From Dicyema japonicum (lineage: Eukaryota; Animalia; Dicyemida), in assembly GCA_011109175.1 (NCBI GenBank), contig RDEW01000003.1:1484429-1548428 (forward strand): a stretch of DNA of 64,000 bases, read 5' to 3'. A program made the translations under genes and the position numbers. Each line of letters opens with the position of its first letter. The first letter of the stretch is position 1. This document shows positions 38,061 to 50,149 of this stretch, piece after piece. The notes beneath the pieces are model-generated. The model ran no database searches. It was not told where the DNA came from and saw only the letters and a list, made by a program, of their open reading frames with translations.

Positions 38061-38613
38061 TTAATTATGAATATCCTGAGAAATACTAAGGCCGACCAAT
38101 CTATCCCCCATTTTGACCAAATAGTTTTTTTTGAGCTCCTAAAATAAATATGCCAATAACCTTACAAAATGAATTGAACTTCAAAAGTGCACTCAAATCC
38201 TCAATAGATTTGATTTCTGCCTGGATCTCTCCACTCAACATGGCTTTCTTTGTGAACGCCTTGGGCTTATACATCACCATATTTATCGTCTTTTCCAAAT
38301 AATCGTCCCAACCTTTCATTTTCTCCTCATTCGCCTTGATTTCCTGCTCAATATGAGACAAATGAAAATTATTAGACAAATTTTGATTCTCAATGCAACA
38401 TTGGGAATAGTTGGCTGATATTTTGTCTATGTATTGCTCCATGTCATTTTCAATTTCAGATATTCCTTCAGAATCGAGGACATTGGCAAGAGAATGCTTG
38501 ATTATAGTTATTAAAATACGTAAAGAGAGTCATAGACAGCACCCTTCAGCATCTTTTTGACATTGGCTAAAGTTTTTGAAATAATTACCTTGAGAAAATT
38601 GATTTGACTTCAT
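38061..38613 (-). CDS. Hypothetical ~160-aa coiled-coil protein (three introns)
   Basis: 22-23-nt GT-AG introns give an open frame from ATG 38613 to TAA 38061. Confidence 0.65.
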
Positions 38614-38869
38614 AAAACTGGAGCAAATTTTTAGTGAACCCACTAAATATTATATTGTTTTTATAACAGGATAGTCGACTTCTATTAGTCATATAAGAAA
38701 GTCTATTTTGGTACATGACTAAAACAATATTACAAGCGCCAATCTATTATTATTTTGAATTTTCGAATTTTTTAAAATTATTATAATTAAAAATACTAAT
38801 TTATTTATTTAGGAAACTCCAAGACCACCAAGAAAAAATGTTAAAAAAATAATTTTAATATTTGAACAT

Positions 38870-39150
38870 TAACATTGGACGAATACTAAGAAAATCGAGG
38901 ACGTACAAAAGAAGGCTTTCAGAGTCACGGAGCGGTGGACTTGTGGGAGACACAGAACCGGACCGACTACTCTGGAGGCCCTCATAAAACTAAACTCTGG
39001 CATGCGGGAAGGTGGCCCTGCAAATACAGTACGAGCTTGTGTGGGCACAAGGGAGGAGCACCAGGAAAGGATGAGGATTTTGGTGGAACGCATCGGGATC
39101 ACGTGATAGCTAGTTTGGTTTTACCGTGGTCTTGGGTGTTAAATAAAACA
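38870..39150 (+). mobile_element. Ingi/Vingi-like LINE 3' end
   Basis: 3' stem GGATCAC...GTGGTCT then AT-rich tail, like 4185-4245. Confidence 0.6.
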
Positions 39151-39429
39151 AATAAAACATTGGATTCTCCCTCTTCGGCTTCACGGAAAAATCAACAGTC
39201 CATCAAAAGAATAAGCCGATTACAGTATTCCATTTAAACGTCAATTGAATAAGAAAAACTTAGTAAACCATAACGTGATATTGCGTTTATATAGGAGACT
39301 AAACTCACTGCAAATAGCCTTCCTTATACATTCCCTTGATACAAATATATACGGACAGAGCGAACGAAACAATGGGGACGTTGGGATCATAGATATATTT
39401 CGGAAGGACCTTTAAAAAACTGCACTTTT

Positions 39430-39735
39430 CTGCAGAGCCATATTAGCTATGGCTCTGTTCAAACATGACACATCCTTTATTTAAGTTAAGAACAGTTATG
39501 CTAAATAATCGTAGAGGAGAACCAAGGAATGCTCTTAACTTCTTTTTTATGTTGGGTGTATTCCCTTCATAGACGATTTGGTTCTGCAGTGAGATGCTCA
39601 TTGATGACGGCATCACTCATCAAGTCAAAGCATCGTAGATGCGTGGAACCTTCAATAGAAATGTACAGCAGAGGGATTCGAACTAAGGGCCATCAGACCT
39701 TTTTCCCGACACTCGTTACATTGCGCCATCTGGCC
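39430..39735 (-). mobile_element. SINE-B copy (second subfamily)
   Basis: Head GATGGCGCAATGTAACG...TAGTTCGAATCC; body shared with 13.6-kb copy. Confidence 0.78.
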
Positions 39736-39929
39736 CGTACTGCTTGGAAATCTTTTCGAACCTCTTGGGGGATGACAATGTTACAAATTATTGCGACCTC
39801 ATTTGTAATTAAAAAAGTAAAAATTTTCTAATTGACATATACGTACCCCCACCCGACTCATGTCCGAATAACTCTGCTCTGTCTACCATGGACAACGTTC
39901 CCATTCGTAAGACCTAGGTCTTCTTAGAC

Positions 39930-40344
39930 CAGTGGTTCTCAACCGCGGCCCGCTGCTACTTAGGTGCGTCCGCTTATAGTTATAAAAATACTAGACAACT
40001 GCGGAGGGCCTGTCGCGAGCTTCGATTGTTTGAAAAACGACGCTGAGTCTCTTCTGGGACCTTCACATCCCGGACTTGTTGGGCATGTGTTCTCAATTCA
40101 GTTAACTGACTGCTCTGCTGTTCTGCTGATTCTTAAGCCCGCATTTGTAGTGCATGTGTTAAAGTGCTCAAGAGACTTGAAATATGTATTTTATTATTGA
40201 ATTTGTAAGAAGAGTATTCAAATAAGCAGCTCACATTAATTTTAGTTAATAAAGTTTAATTTTCTTTTAAAAAAATTTTCTGCCCGCGAACCTATTGTTA
40301 ATTATTAATTTTGGCCCGCAGACCAAAAAGGTTGAGAACCACTG
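39930..40344. mobile_element. hAT MITE
   Basis: Perfect TIR CAGTGGTTCTCAACC / GGTTGAGAACCACTG; TSD TCTTAGAC on both sides. Confidence 0.92.
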
Positions 40345-41335
40345 TCTTAGACTATTGTTTAACGGCGTAGAAACAAATCTTGTTACATGGCCGATTCTAA
40401 AACTGTACAAAGCATGCCCTAAGGGGCTCCTTGTTGGAGTTCTGTAGACGAGGGAATGATGAATTTGCCATGTGACAGGATAGACTTTTTTCCATAGGAA
40501 GAATATACATAGTCGTATATTGAGAGGAAGTGGGTGAAACAATCCTCTGGGCTGGTTGTGGGTGTTCGACAAGTCTGGGGAGAACTGTCCTGCCTGCCAG
40601 TTTGACGGAACCCGACCGAAAAAGAAATCCACCTTAATGGGTTGGACTCTTCCTTTTTTCGAAAACCAGTTGTTTGGTAGAGAACGTGATTGGCGAATTG
40701 TTTCTGGCTAATATTACCCTTTTCAGCATATTACCCATTACGGTGGGTTCTAATGATGATTAAAAATTTGACTTCTTCTAACTCGAGGATCTTCCCTCGT
40801 GGTCTCTAACTCTGCCTTGATATCATAAGGATCATTTTTGTCCACTTGGAAAATTTCCTACGCCAAAAAATGATCGCGGACTCACATATAAACGTTGAAT
40901 CAGGTATCATCCTGACCATGCAGGTTCTGATAGGCCATCCTCTAAACTCTCAATTTTGAACTGGATGTTATTCGAACCATGATCCAAGTGCGTCAGACAC
41001 TTCTTTCCGTTTTTTCAGAAATGACTGCGTCACCTTGTCCATGCTCTTTATCAATAATAAGGCAAAGTAGACATTTCGTGAAATTGAGGAACACCACCAC
41101 TTCGACCTTCCGACCAACTAGCGCCTGCCTAACTGGCATTTCTGATAATTCACAATTTTTTATTCTTATTTTCACTTACTGTAGAGTCAGTCAGGAAGAA
41201 GGTAGGATTAAAGGGCTTAAAACCTAAATTGTCAGATTAACCGCCATAAAAAGAGAATAGCTAAATTTAAAAAATAAATTATTAGTTTTTCAGTTGATAT
41301 CCAAAATTAGGTCGAGGAGGTGGTGTCCCTATCAA

Positions 41336-42588
41336 TCAAATTTCGGTCAAACTAGCAAAAGTGCTTGATATTTTCCGTCCTTCCACCTCTGACACATCAT
41401 TTAGGGCATCTGTGGCATCCTTTCTTGTGTTGAAGTTTACGAATCCATAACTGAGAATATCACTAAATTTTTACCCTCGTGACCTTCCTGTTTCGTGGTC
41501 CAATATTATGGCTGCAGAAACGGCATTCGGGAACGCAGCCTTGAGTCCTTCTCTAGTCGTTAGGGGAGACAGGTATTTGACGAAAATGGAGACCCCCTGT
41601 TTTCTTTCCGGTGTCACTGGTTCATTTGTGGCTATAATTGATAGTCTTCTATTCTTAAAGAGTTTCCCGATCTGTTCTAATGTTGCTGGTAACCCTCCGG
41701 CGGGGACCACGACTTTTGCGTACCTGGGCATATTTAACCATTATAACTTGTTCTTTAGCCGTATTCTTCTCAAAACAATTCCTTTATCCTTGAAAAAATC
41801 ACTTATCTCCTGAATGGTCACATTGGGCTGTAAATTGCCAATTACGACTGTAACCGGGGTATCTTGCTGTAATTATTTTATTTACCGTTTCTTTCGTCAA
41901 CCATAATGTCTTCAATTCTTCTATTTGCTAATTTTGGCCATCACTTCTTTGTGCTTTGTTAGGAGCGTCATTTGACGCGAATCTTTTCGGTTTCTTTTGA
42001 AAGTTCCTTGAAATGACTGTTTTCTGCTTTTTGGAGTGTTTTTTGAAGCGGTTTTATCTGATGAGTCTATTTTGTAAGAAGTTTTATTACCTGAATCACT
42101 GCTTGAGGAGTCTTCCTTGGGCTCTTTTACTTTTTGTGACGTCGGGGGAGTTCTTTTTTTAATGGCGGGTTCATTCGAAAAATCTATCATTCATGAAGGA
42201 TGATTACCGGAATCAGTGCTTGATGAATCCTCCTTCTCCTTTTCGACTTGTGACGGTCTCTGATGAGCTCCGTTTTTAGTGACAGGGTCTTTCTTTGAGT
42301 CTTCAGTAATAATCAGATCATCACCAGGGTTGCTTGAGCTCGATGAAGAATCGGAATCGGGTTGATTCACTTCAATCGATTCGCTCGAAGCTTTATCCGT
42401 CTGTTTTTCTGAATTCTGATCTTTTTGAATTTTCACTATTCCAATATTCGTACACCTAAAAGGTTTCTATCTGAGTTTTTTCTCCTTTTTTTCTTGATAA
42501 TAATTCGAAAGACTGCAATAAGTAATCACTTACGTGTTGACTCGGAAGAATCTGAGTCATCAGTTATAGAAACAGTGTGAGGCTTCAT
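41336..42588 (-). CDS. Nucleolin-like protein: Ser/acidic/Lys-rich N-terminus and two RRMs
   Basis: RRM1 VVIGNLQPNVTIQEISDFF; RRM2 IFVKYLSPLTTREGLKAAF...GRSRG|YGFVNF; 20-24-nt introns; TGA at 41336; start may lie further upstream. Confidence 0.75.
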
Positions 42589-42788
42589 TTTTGCTGAAAT
42601 GGACGTTCAGACAATTTATATCCGCCAAATTTGCGTAGATTACTTCCACGACTAAGGAAGTATTTAAAAGGAAGTATTGATTGACAAGTCAATTTTTTTT
42701 AAATTGCGATTATAATTAATGATATTATTAGAATTTTAATATCACGTTTTTAATTATCAAAATTACATAATAAAAACCTATTCATATG

Positions 42789-43100
42789 GTGGCTAATTGG
42801 CTGAAGTTTTCTGTTTTGTCTGTTCCTTTTATCTCTTCCTATTAGAGTGGCGTCGTGTGTTCCACCTGTATAGGTGGCGCCCAGTGCCAGGCCGGCACGA
42901 AAAAGGATCATTTGCTCTCTTCCTACTCCACTGGAGGCGTTTCCACAACTACATGTATGGACGTCTTTTACCCTTTATGTTGATTCCGGATGGACTCTGT
43001 TTCTGTAGAAGTGGAAACTGGATACACTTAATTAGTTTTAATTAGTTTTTTACTTAACTTTTTTCTCGGTGTATCCGGGGTTAATAAATTAAATAAAATT
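42789..43100 (+). mobile_element. SINE-A copy; pseudoknot at 42849-42910
   Basis: High identity to other SINE-A copies; one mismatch in P2. Confidence 0.88.
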
Positions 43101-43109
43101 AAATATGAC

Positions 43110-44420
43110 CACTTGATGACATTATCGATCAAAACTTTTCCGGGTGCCTATGACTCTAGGAACTTGTGGGTGTGCCTACCACTCTCAGCTGGACATGGCG
43201 GCCAACACATGTTTGTTAGCTAAAAGTAACTGAATTCTTTATTTACGCCAGGTTACAATTTTTGGTAAGCCCAGTACACAGTTACAACTAACTTAAGAAT
43301 CCAGGGAGAACGTCTGCTTGTAGTCGACCAGCTCCATATTAGTTGACCGTGGTTTCATGCGTTTCCGCAAAAAAACAAGGAAATTCATTAGGGGGAGAAG
43401 TTATCCATGCGATGGAATCAGTCCTGAATAAAGACATCCCGATCGAATTCCCATGCTTGAATTCCGGAAGGGGATTGGATCGCTAGTGGCCACTTGACGG
43501 GATTAGAGAGAATCCACAAAATTACGGACATTATGGATTAGCTGTCAAGTTAATTCTAAAGAACCTATCTTTATGGAAAGAAGAGGATGACTTTCTCGGC
43601 TTCGTAAAATACTTGACACCTTCTGCCTTCTTGTTGATGGAAAGAAAACTCCATGTTGATAGACTGATCATCTAGTCATTATAAGAAGTCGCCGTTTGTG
43701 ACTAGATTTCTCGATAAGATAGAGAAGATACACAGTGGCTGGGCTTATAACCCAATAACCATGTAATACATGCCAATCCTTCAAACACGTAGCACATTTC
43801 TGCCAAATTTTTAGAGATGTCTCTATGCTGGTCCCACTATTTGAGAGACTTAATGCAGAATATAATCGAATCAACTGTGACATTCCGGACACAGAAACCT
43901 GAGGAAATAAATACAAGATGAAACAAAGCTCAAAGAAGACAAAACACCGATCCTGGACGATTATGGTTGGATTTTTAACCTGGGGATCTGGAAATAAAAA
44001 CTAGACAGTTGATCCTTCATCACTGCAACCTGAAGAGTCATTATATAAAAAAGTATTAGAAGATCCTAGATTGAGTGTCTTCGTATCGGAGGAATCCACC
44101 CATTGATGGATAAGCTTGGTGTTTTCCTATTTTCTCCAACCTTGATCAAACAAGCAGAGAAACCTGAGGTACTGGAAGATCTAGGAAGTGATCACTTGCC
44201 CCAACTACTACCTGTAGATCTTTAAACCAAGTAATATCTCTCATCTATGGGCTCGAAGGATGGTTTACTGGGCGAAGAAGTCGAGAAGATCTGATGTAAA
44301 GATCACCTTCATAAGAGACTGGATGAAGACTAAAAGATATGTGAGTAGCTCCTAGTAACTCCAATTAACGTAACTAGGAGTTTGTTGCAAAGGAAGCAAA
44401 CCCTGGACTCTTTACCATGT
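43110..44420. mobile_element. Degenerate LINE remnants
   Basis: DLGSDHL (APE end, + strand, ~44180) and RT-like pieces; too decayed for a family call. Confidence 0.35.
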
Positions 44421-45148
44421 GCCAGTATGTTTGAATCGTTCTGTGAAAAGTGTCCGAACTGAGATTGGACCAGCATTACAAATAGTTCTTTTTATCCCCT
44501 TTTTCATTTCCTCTTGAGAATGAGTTCTGTTAATCATGTGCTCGTGTTGTCATGATTCCAGATCCCTCATAGTAAAGTAGACAATTTACTATTTGGTTAA
44601 GTCAAGGTAATTTCCATAGCCTATAAGATTAGTCTTCAGATAATCCTTTAATGGGATAACTCACATCTAAAAGAAGCCGAAATAAATGAACAAATTTTGT
44701 TACTTATGCACGTGGTATGGTCTAACCAATTTTACATAAATACTTTATAATCAATATAAGTCTAATTCTGGTCATGGGAGAGATGACCTTTCTCTCCAAT
44801 ATAGGAAGAAGGACCGCTTCAAAGAGAACCCCGCGAAAGACTTTGGCTAAGACAGAGGCTCGAAATGGCAACAATCAGAAGGATCGTTCACGCAATCCTG
44901 GTCTCTCAGCTAAAATAGATTTTTTATTTGATTATAAATTCTAGCTATTGATCCCTCCGACATAAAAATGCAGTAGTGCCTTTCACGATAGCAACGGAGA
45001 TCAACCACTGATTGTATACGTCTGTCTCTTGATTAAAGGCAGTGATTTGCCGCCAATTATCTCAATGATAATAATGTAGAACATAAATTAAGATTTAAAA
45101 TAAAATATGATAAAAATACAATAATCAAGCAACAGTCATACAAAATCC

Positions 45149-45597
45149 TCACTCAGGTTTGAGCATTTCCAAAAAATCCCTCTTTGTAAGGGATTTACCT
45201 GGATTCTTCCGTTTTGACTTGACTTTCCGTAGTTCACTCTTTGACTCTTTTACGACTTTTTTGCTCAATTCAACCTCATTTAGGAATTTTGAGACAGCTC
45301 TACAAGAATAGAGTAAATCATCACTTTTGGCTTATTTGCATCAGCCTCTTCTCAAGTTCTTCATCCTGAGGGGCAGTAAAGCAGGAATCTTCTAAGATTT
45401 TTTTCTTTTAAATAAAATAATCACAATACATGTAGATTTGAAGGTTTTATGTCCTTTATTTCTGTTTTGGTGCTTTCGTGGCTTATAATTATCCCCTTGT
45501 TTGAGGTAGCCCGCAGAGCTCGACGTATCATAGTCGACATTTTGTTCAATGATTCCTGTAAGTGTTTGTTGTTCGAATTGAATTTGTTCTTAATCAT
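45149..45597 (-). CDS. Hypothetical Lys-rich ~130-aa protein (two 25-nt introns)
   Basis: Splicing two GT-AG introns gives an open frame ending PGKSLTKRDFLEMLKPE*; divergent from the TPR gene. Confidence 0.6.
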
Positions 45598-45758
45598 TAC
45601 TACAACCACAAGAAACAACTCGTGAAAAAAGTTAAGTTAATTTTATTAATATATTAATTTAAAATTAATAATTAAAAATGTCAATATTTTTGAATTAATA
45701 AATAAAAGTAACAGAAAATTAAAAATTACAAATCACGAGTAATTTCCATGGATATATA

Positions 45759-47391
45759 ATGTTTTATGCGTCAGTACAACCCATTCAATCTGAACTCCCA
45801 AAACTCCCCAAAAAGACACAAACCAATGTTCAGAACAGTCCCAAGAAGAGTTACTTCGAAGATACCAAACAAGTGTTCTTCAGCACATCTCTGCCATCTG
45901 AGAATAAATTGATATCGAGAATAAATGACAACTTTTCGTCCACAGTTCGCCAACAGTATCTTACATACTCATTTGTAGTTTGGAGAGATCTCTTTCATTA
46001 ATTAAGGACGCTGAAGAATCAAAATCCATTGAATTGTTCGCTAAGGCTGGAAAACGACTGAGTAAGGCCATTTTCCTGAACCCTAACAACGACCACTTAT
46101 ATTTACTGAAGGGACGGTGCTTGAGGGAGGTCGGGGACTTTAAGGAGTCCTTAAAATACTACAACATTGCTAACAAAATAGACGTGAATAATAAAACTCA
46201 GTTTATCACATCTAAACTGGATTTTGCCAGATCTCTTTTTGATAACAAAATATATGCAGAAGCACGTGTCTTGGCAGAGGATTGTTTAGAAAAGGATCCG
46301 GAGAATTCCAGGGCTCAGCTAATTATGTATTTTGGCTAAGTGATCGTAGTATTGAGATCACAGCCTTCGACGACTCAAAGAATGACTTCGACGATCAAAT
46401 CAAATCTTTTATAGAAAAATTTGGGGAGACAAAGGAACTTCTCCAGGTTTTGCTGAAAAGGACCAAGACTCGGGAGTCCCTGTACCAGTCTGATGTGTTC
46501 CTACGCATGGCCCAGCAGTACCAAGAGACCAAGGACCTCGAAATGAGAGGTGCCGAGAACCACAACCTAGCAAAACGATTCTTATTGTCAAACAAGCTTA
46601 CCTACGCCCTCAATCAGATTACTTCTGCCGTAAAACTCTGTCCGATGAACCCCCAAATGCACGTGACAAAGTTCCACCAAAATGTGACCTCATAGAGGCG
46701 TCATTGACGAAAGAAGGGGAAATCTAGCACAGGCAGGCGCCTCCTATTTGGAAGCTTACCGCTTGTCAATGATGGGGGACAAAGAGGATGAGGCCTTTAC
46801 TTGCCACGTGAACAGACTGCTCAACAGATTAGCCGTCCGTTGCATGAAACAGAGGTTTTTAGAGGAAGCCTTCGACCTTCTCAATGTGGTCATTCAAAGC
46901 TCACAAAATTATCAGTTTTACCTTAACAGAGCCCGTGATTAATATTCTTTAAAGTAGAGTGTCTCCAAATGATGGAGGAGTACGAAATGGCAATTGAGGA
47001 CTACAACGAGGCAATTGACCACGTGGACTTAAAAGCAGAGGCAGCTGATATCAAAGAGAGGCTCTCACACTGCTACTATGAGTTTGGAGTGAAGAAATTT
47101 GAGAGAAAACAGTATGAAAGCGCAGATGAGTTTTTTACCAAGGCGATTGAGCTTAATGGAAAGGAAGACTATTATTTAAGGAGATCGAACTGCAGGATTT
47201 TGCAAAAGGTAAAATGGTGGCCCTACCCATAGAAATTTGAACTGGCAGTGGAGGACGCAGTTTGTGCTGTGAAAATGATGAATTGTCAGGAGGACTGTAT
47301 TGAAGAAATCAAATTTGGATTGCCACATAAGCTTAACAAAAATAATATCAAAATTAATAATATTTGTAACAGATTAATCAATAACAAATAA
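45759..47391 (+). CDS. TTC16: TPR-repeat protein, TTC16-like
   Basis: TPRs: LSKAIFLNP..LYLLKGRC; NRLAVRC..EEAFDLLN..FYLNRA; A.EFFTKAI..YYLRRSNCR; 22-24-nt introns; TAA at 47389-47391. Orthology from recalled resemblance only. Confidence 0.7.
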
Positions 47392-47429
47392 ATACTTTTA
47401 TAATTGAAAAAATATTTTTTGCTGATGTG

Positions 47430-49660
47430 TGGTTTTTTGTAGAGCTGAAAATACTGTGTTGCTTGATCATGTCTATTATAAATCCTGCTTCTATTAAAAA
47501 TCCCTCCTGTTCTCCCCTTACTGTCTGCTCTACCCAAGATAATCATTGTTCCATCATAGATCATCTCTTTTATACCCTCGAATATCCATGTTCTGCTGTG
47601 GACTATCTTTGTTCTACTAGTTATCCATCTAGTTTTACTATAGATTATCCAGTTTCTACTATAAATCCCTCCAGTTGTAGTAGTGCTTCCCTCAAAACAA
47701 CCCGCGAAGCTGTTAATTGTAAGAAATGCCTTTTATCAAACGCCCTGAAACTGGTGGTGTTCTGCACCCAATGCTCATGTTATTTCCATATCGGATGCGT
47801 AAAATTATCCAAGAAAATTGGAAATCTTAAAATTTGGACTTGTCATTCATGCATTTTTCGATCCGTTCGAAAACTTTCACTCTCCAGCTCTCTGCTCTGA
47901 GACCGAATCCCCATCCCTATAGCTGTGAGGATCACTAAGGCAGAAACTCTTTCACGCCTAATTCTGCCATTTCTTCTAGACATCCTGAAGACTGCTAGTA
48001 CCCAGATCAGGAGTAATGTCAATTATGACTGTTGATCTGGATACCTCGCTTGAAGACCGTGGTATCCCCTTACAAGAATGGGAGAATATTATGGTGTCCT
48101 CAATAAAAAATAATCTCCAGAGAAGAATAGAGCGAAAACTCATTGAAGGGGATACCTGCGCCGCCTTCAGAATGGTTTAGTCAAATGACACTATTGCCTT
48201 CTATTCGGCCTCAACCTTGGACACTATCGTTAGGAAACACTCCTTGAGGCCAATAGACCATATTATTGTTGCCCTACCTTGCAGTCTTCCCGTCCTGTTA
48301 TTTCCGAGGAGTCATTTGCTAACGGAATTCGATCCTTCCACAGCTCCAGCAGCGGGGGATTGGTGGCTTACGACCTGGGCACGTAAAAATGTGATCTTCA
48401 AAAGCACTGCCGAGACGGTAAGAAACATAATTATAAATTTAACCAACAGACTACTCTTTTGAGAGGAACCTTATTCAATGCTCTTTTACACACATTCAAC
48501 GTTGTATTCGTCAAATTGCCTTAGGGAATTACTTTAGACGTTTAGCATTAATGATTTCAGAGAAACTTGTATGCAACCGTTTGAGTGGGGGATGTCTCCA
48601 ACCCAGCTTGCATTTGTCTCTCATGGATGTGAGGCCGCCATTCATTCAACACGCTTGTTTGCCTCCTCCTGTAATCTCAGAAAGCGCAAGCTAGATCATC
48701 AATGCATTCAATTTCCACAGGCGTGATCACATGTTAGAGTAATGTGTTCATAGAACACCTGAAAAAGCTAAATTTATCCATCCTTCTTATGGATTCGAGA
48801 GTTCGCTTGTCTTTGAGATCAAATTGTCGTCACTTCGACTGATGTTCAGCAAGGTGATCCTGTTGTACCACTCTTATTCTCCCTTACCAAGTTATTCAGA
48901 AGATTTCGGCTCCGCTTAATATTTGGTACCTATACGATGGAACGATTGGTGGAGACGCTTCGATTATCGACACTCTGGAAATAACTATTCGGAATATGCG
49001 AAAAACAGGGATTACAAATGTTAGCTTTCCACCGAAAGACTTTTCCATTGTCAAAAACCGTCTGGAATATTTGTTGAGGAAGTCGAGACTTCTGTCACGG
49101 TTTTCCTCGGATGCCTTGTCCGAATTGGAAATATTTACGAAGAAGAGTCGATTCGTTCCGTTTCATTACGGAAAAGTTTAGAACTCTTGAAGGACACATC
49201 CCTTTTCTTAATGAAAAATAACGATTTTGTTCCCAAGATGATCTTCTCATTACGAAGTCCCCCTTGTTTCCACAAGTCTGATTCTCTCAAATCTCTGAAG
49301 GATCTTATCAGACAAACGACTAAAGAAATTTTCAATATCCGATTTGATATCACTGGCTGGTTCCAAGAAAAGCTCTCGATAAGGTTTGGGGAGTAGGTTT
49401 GAGATCTGCCGATTTTGGCTATTCCAGGATACCTGTCGTCCCTCGCAAGCTGTTGTGGTTTAACCAACTCAGTCTAAACACGTTTGTGCAGCAGTGGACA
49501 ACAATCGGACTAGGTGTCCTTAAGAACTTCCGCAGCGAGTCCTGCTGAAGATTCGAAATGGAGAAAGTACCTATAGAATACCTAACTTCTTCATCGACAA
49601 ACGAAAGTGCTGCCTTCCAATGCACCTCACTTGGGGCACTATTGGATGACGACGTCACGA
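47430..49660 (+). mobile_element. CRE-like non-LTR retroelement with N-terminal PHD finger, decayed
   Basis: CxxC...CxxC...HxxC...WxCxxC at ~47720-47855; QQGDPVVPLLFSL; WYLYDGTIGG; LSIRFG.VGLRSA..AIPGYLSS. Confidence 0.7.
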
Positions 49661-49714
49661 GAAGTTAGGTTTGCGTCCGACATCACGAGCTGACAACCAT
49701 ATGATGCCATAATA

Positions 49715-50030
49715 TTATTAAAACCAAGAATCACTGACAAATTAAAAGGGGACGTCATGTGATTCCGGCCTCCTTAAGGAGCCGTATCATCCTTTCTCTG
49801 TGTTCGTCCCGAACCGACGCACTTGCTGTATATACGAGATACTTTTAGTTCTCCTCACAAGTTCCTCGAACGGAGTTAGTTATTAGCCGGTGAGAAGAAA
49901 CTTTTAGGGTCCCAGTGACTGCTGCTTGGATTGATTTTCTTCAGGTTCGTATAGGACAGGTTATCCCCCATGCACAGCCATAGCTGATTGTCGCTTGTAT
50001 ATATTGCCATAGTGAGCCTAACACGTAAGA
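49715..50030 (-). mobile_element. Ingi/Vingi-like LINE 3' end
   Basis: Homologous to 32600-32945; perfect 3' stem GAATCAC/GTGATTC. Confidence 0.75.
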
Positions 50031-50149
50031 CTATGTAGTAATTTGTATTTAAATTTATTAACTTTAATAATTCAAAATTATTATTGACTTTAAATTCTGT
50101 TGATAATACTGTTTTTTAAATAGTCGTATTCTTCCGGTTTTAAATAAAT

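Noticed and set aside
40960-41250. Small spliced gene downstream of the nucleolin-like gene
   Set aside because: Intron-like GT..AG segments exist, but no combination I tried gave a sustained open frame.
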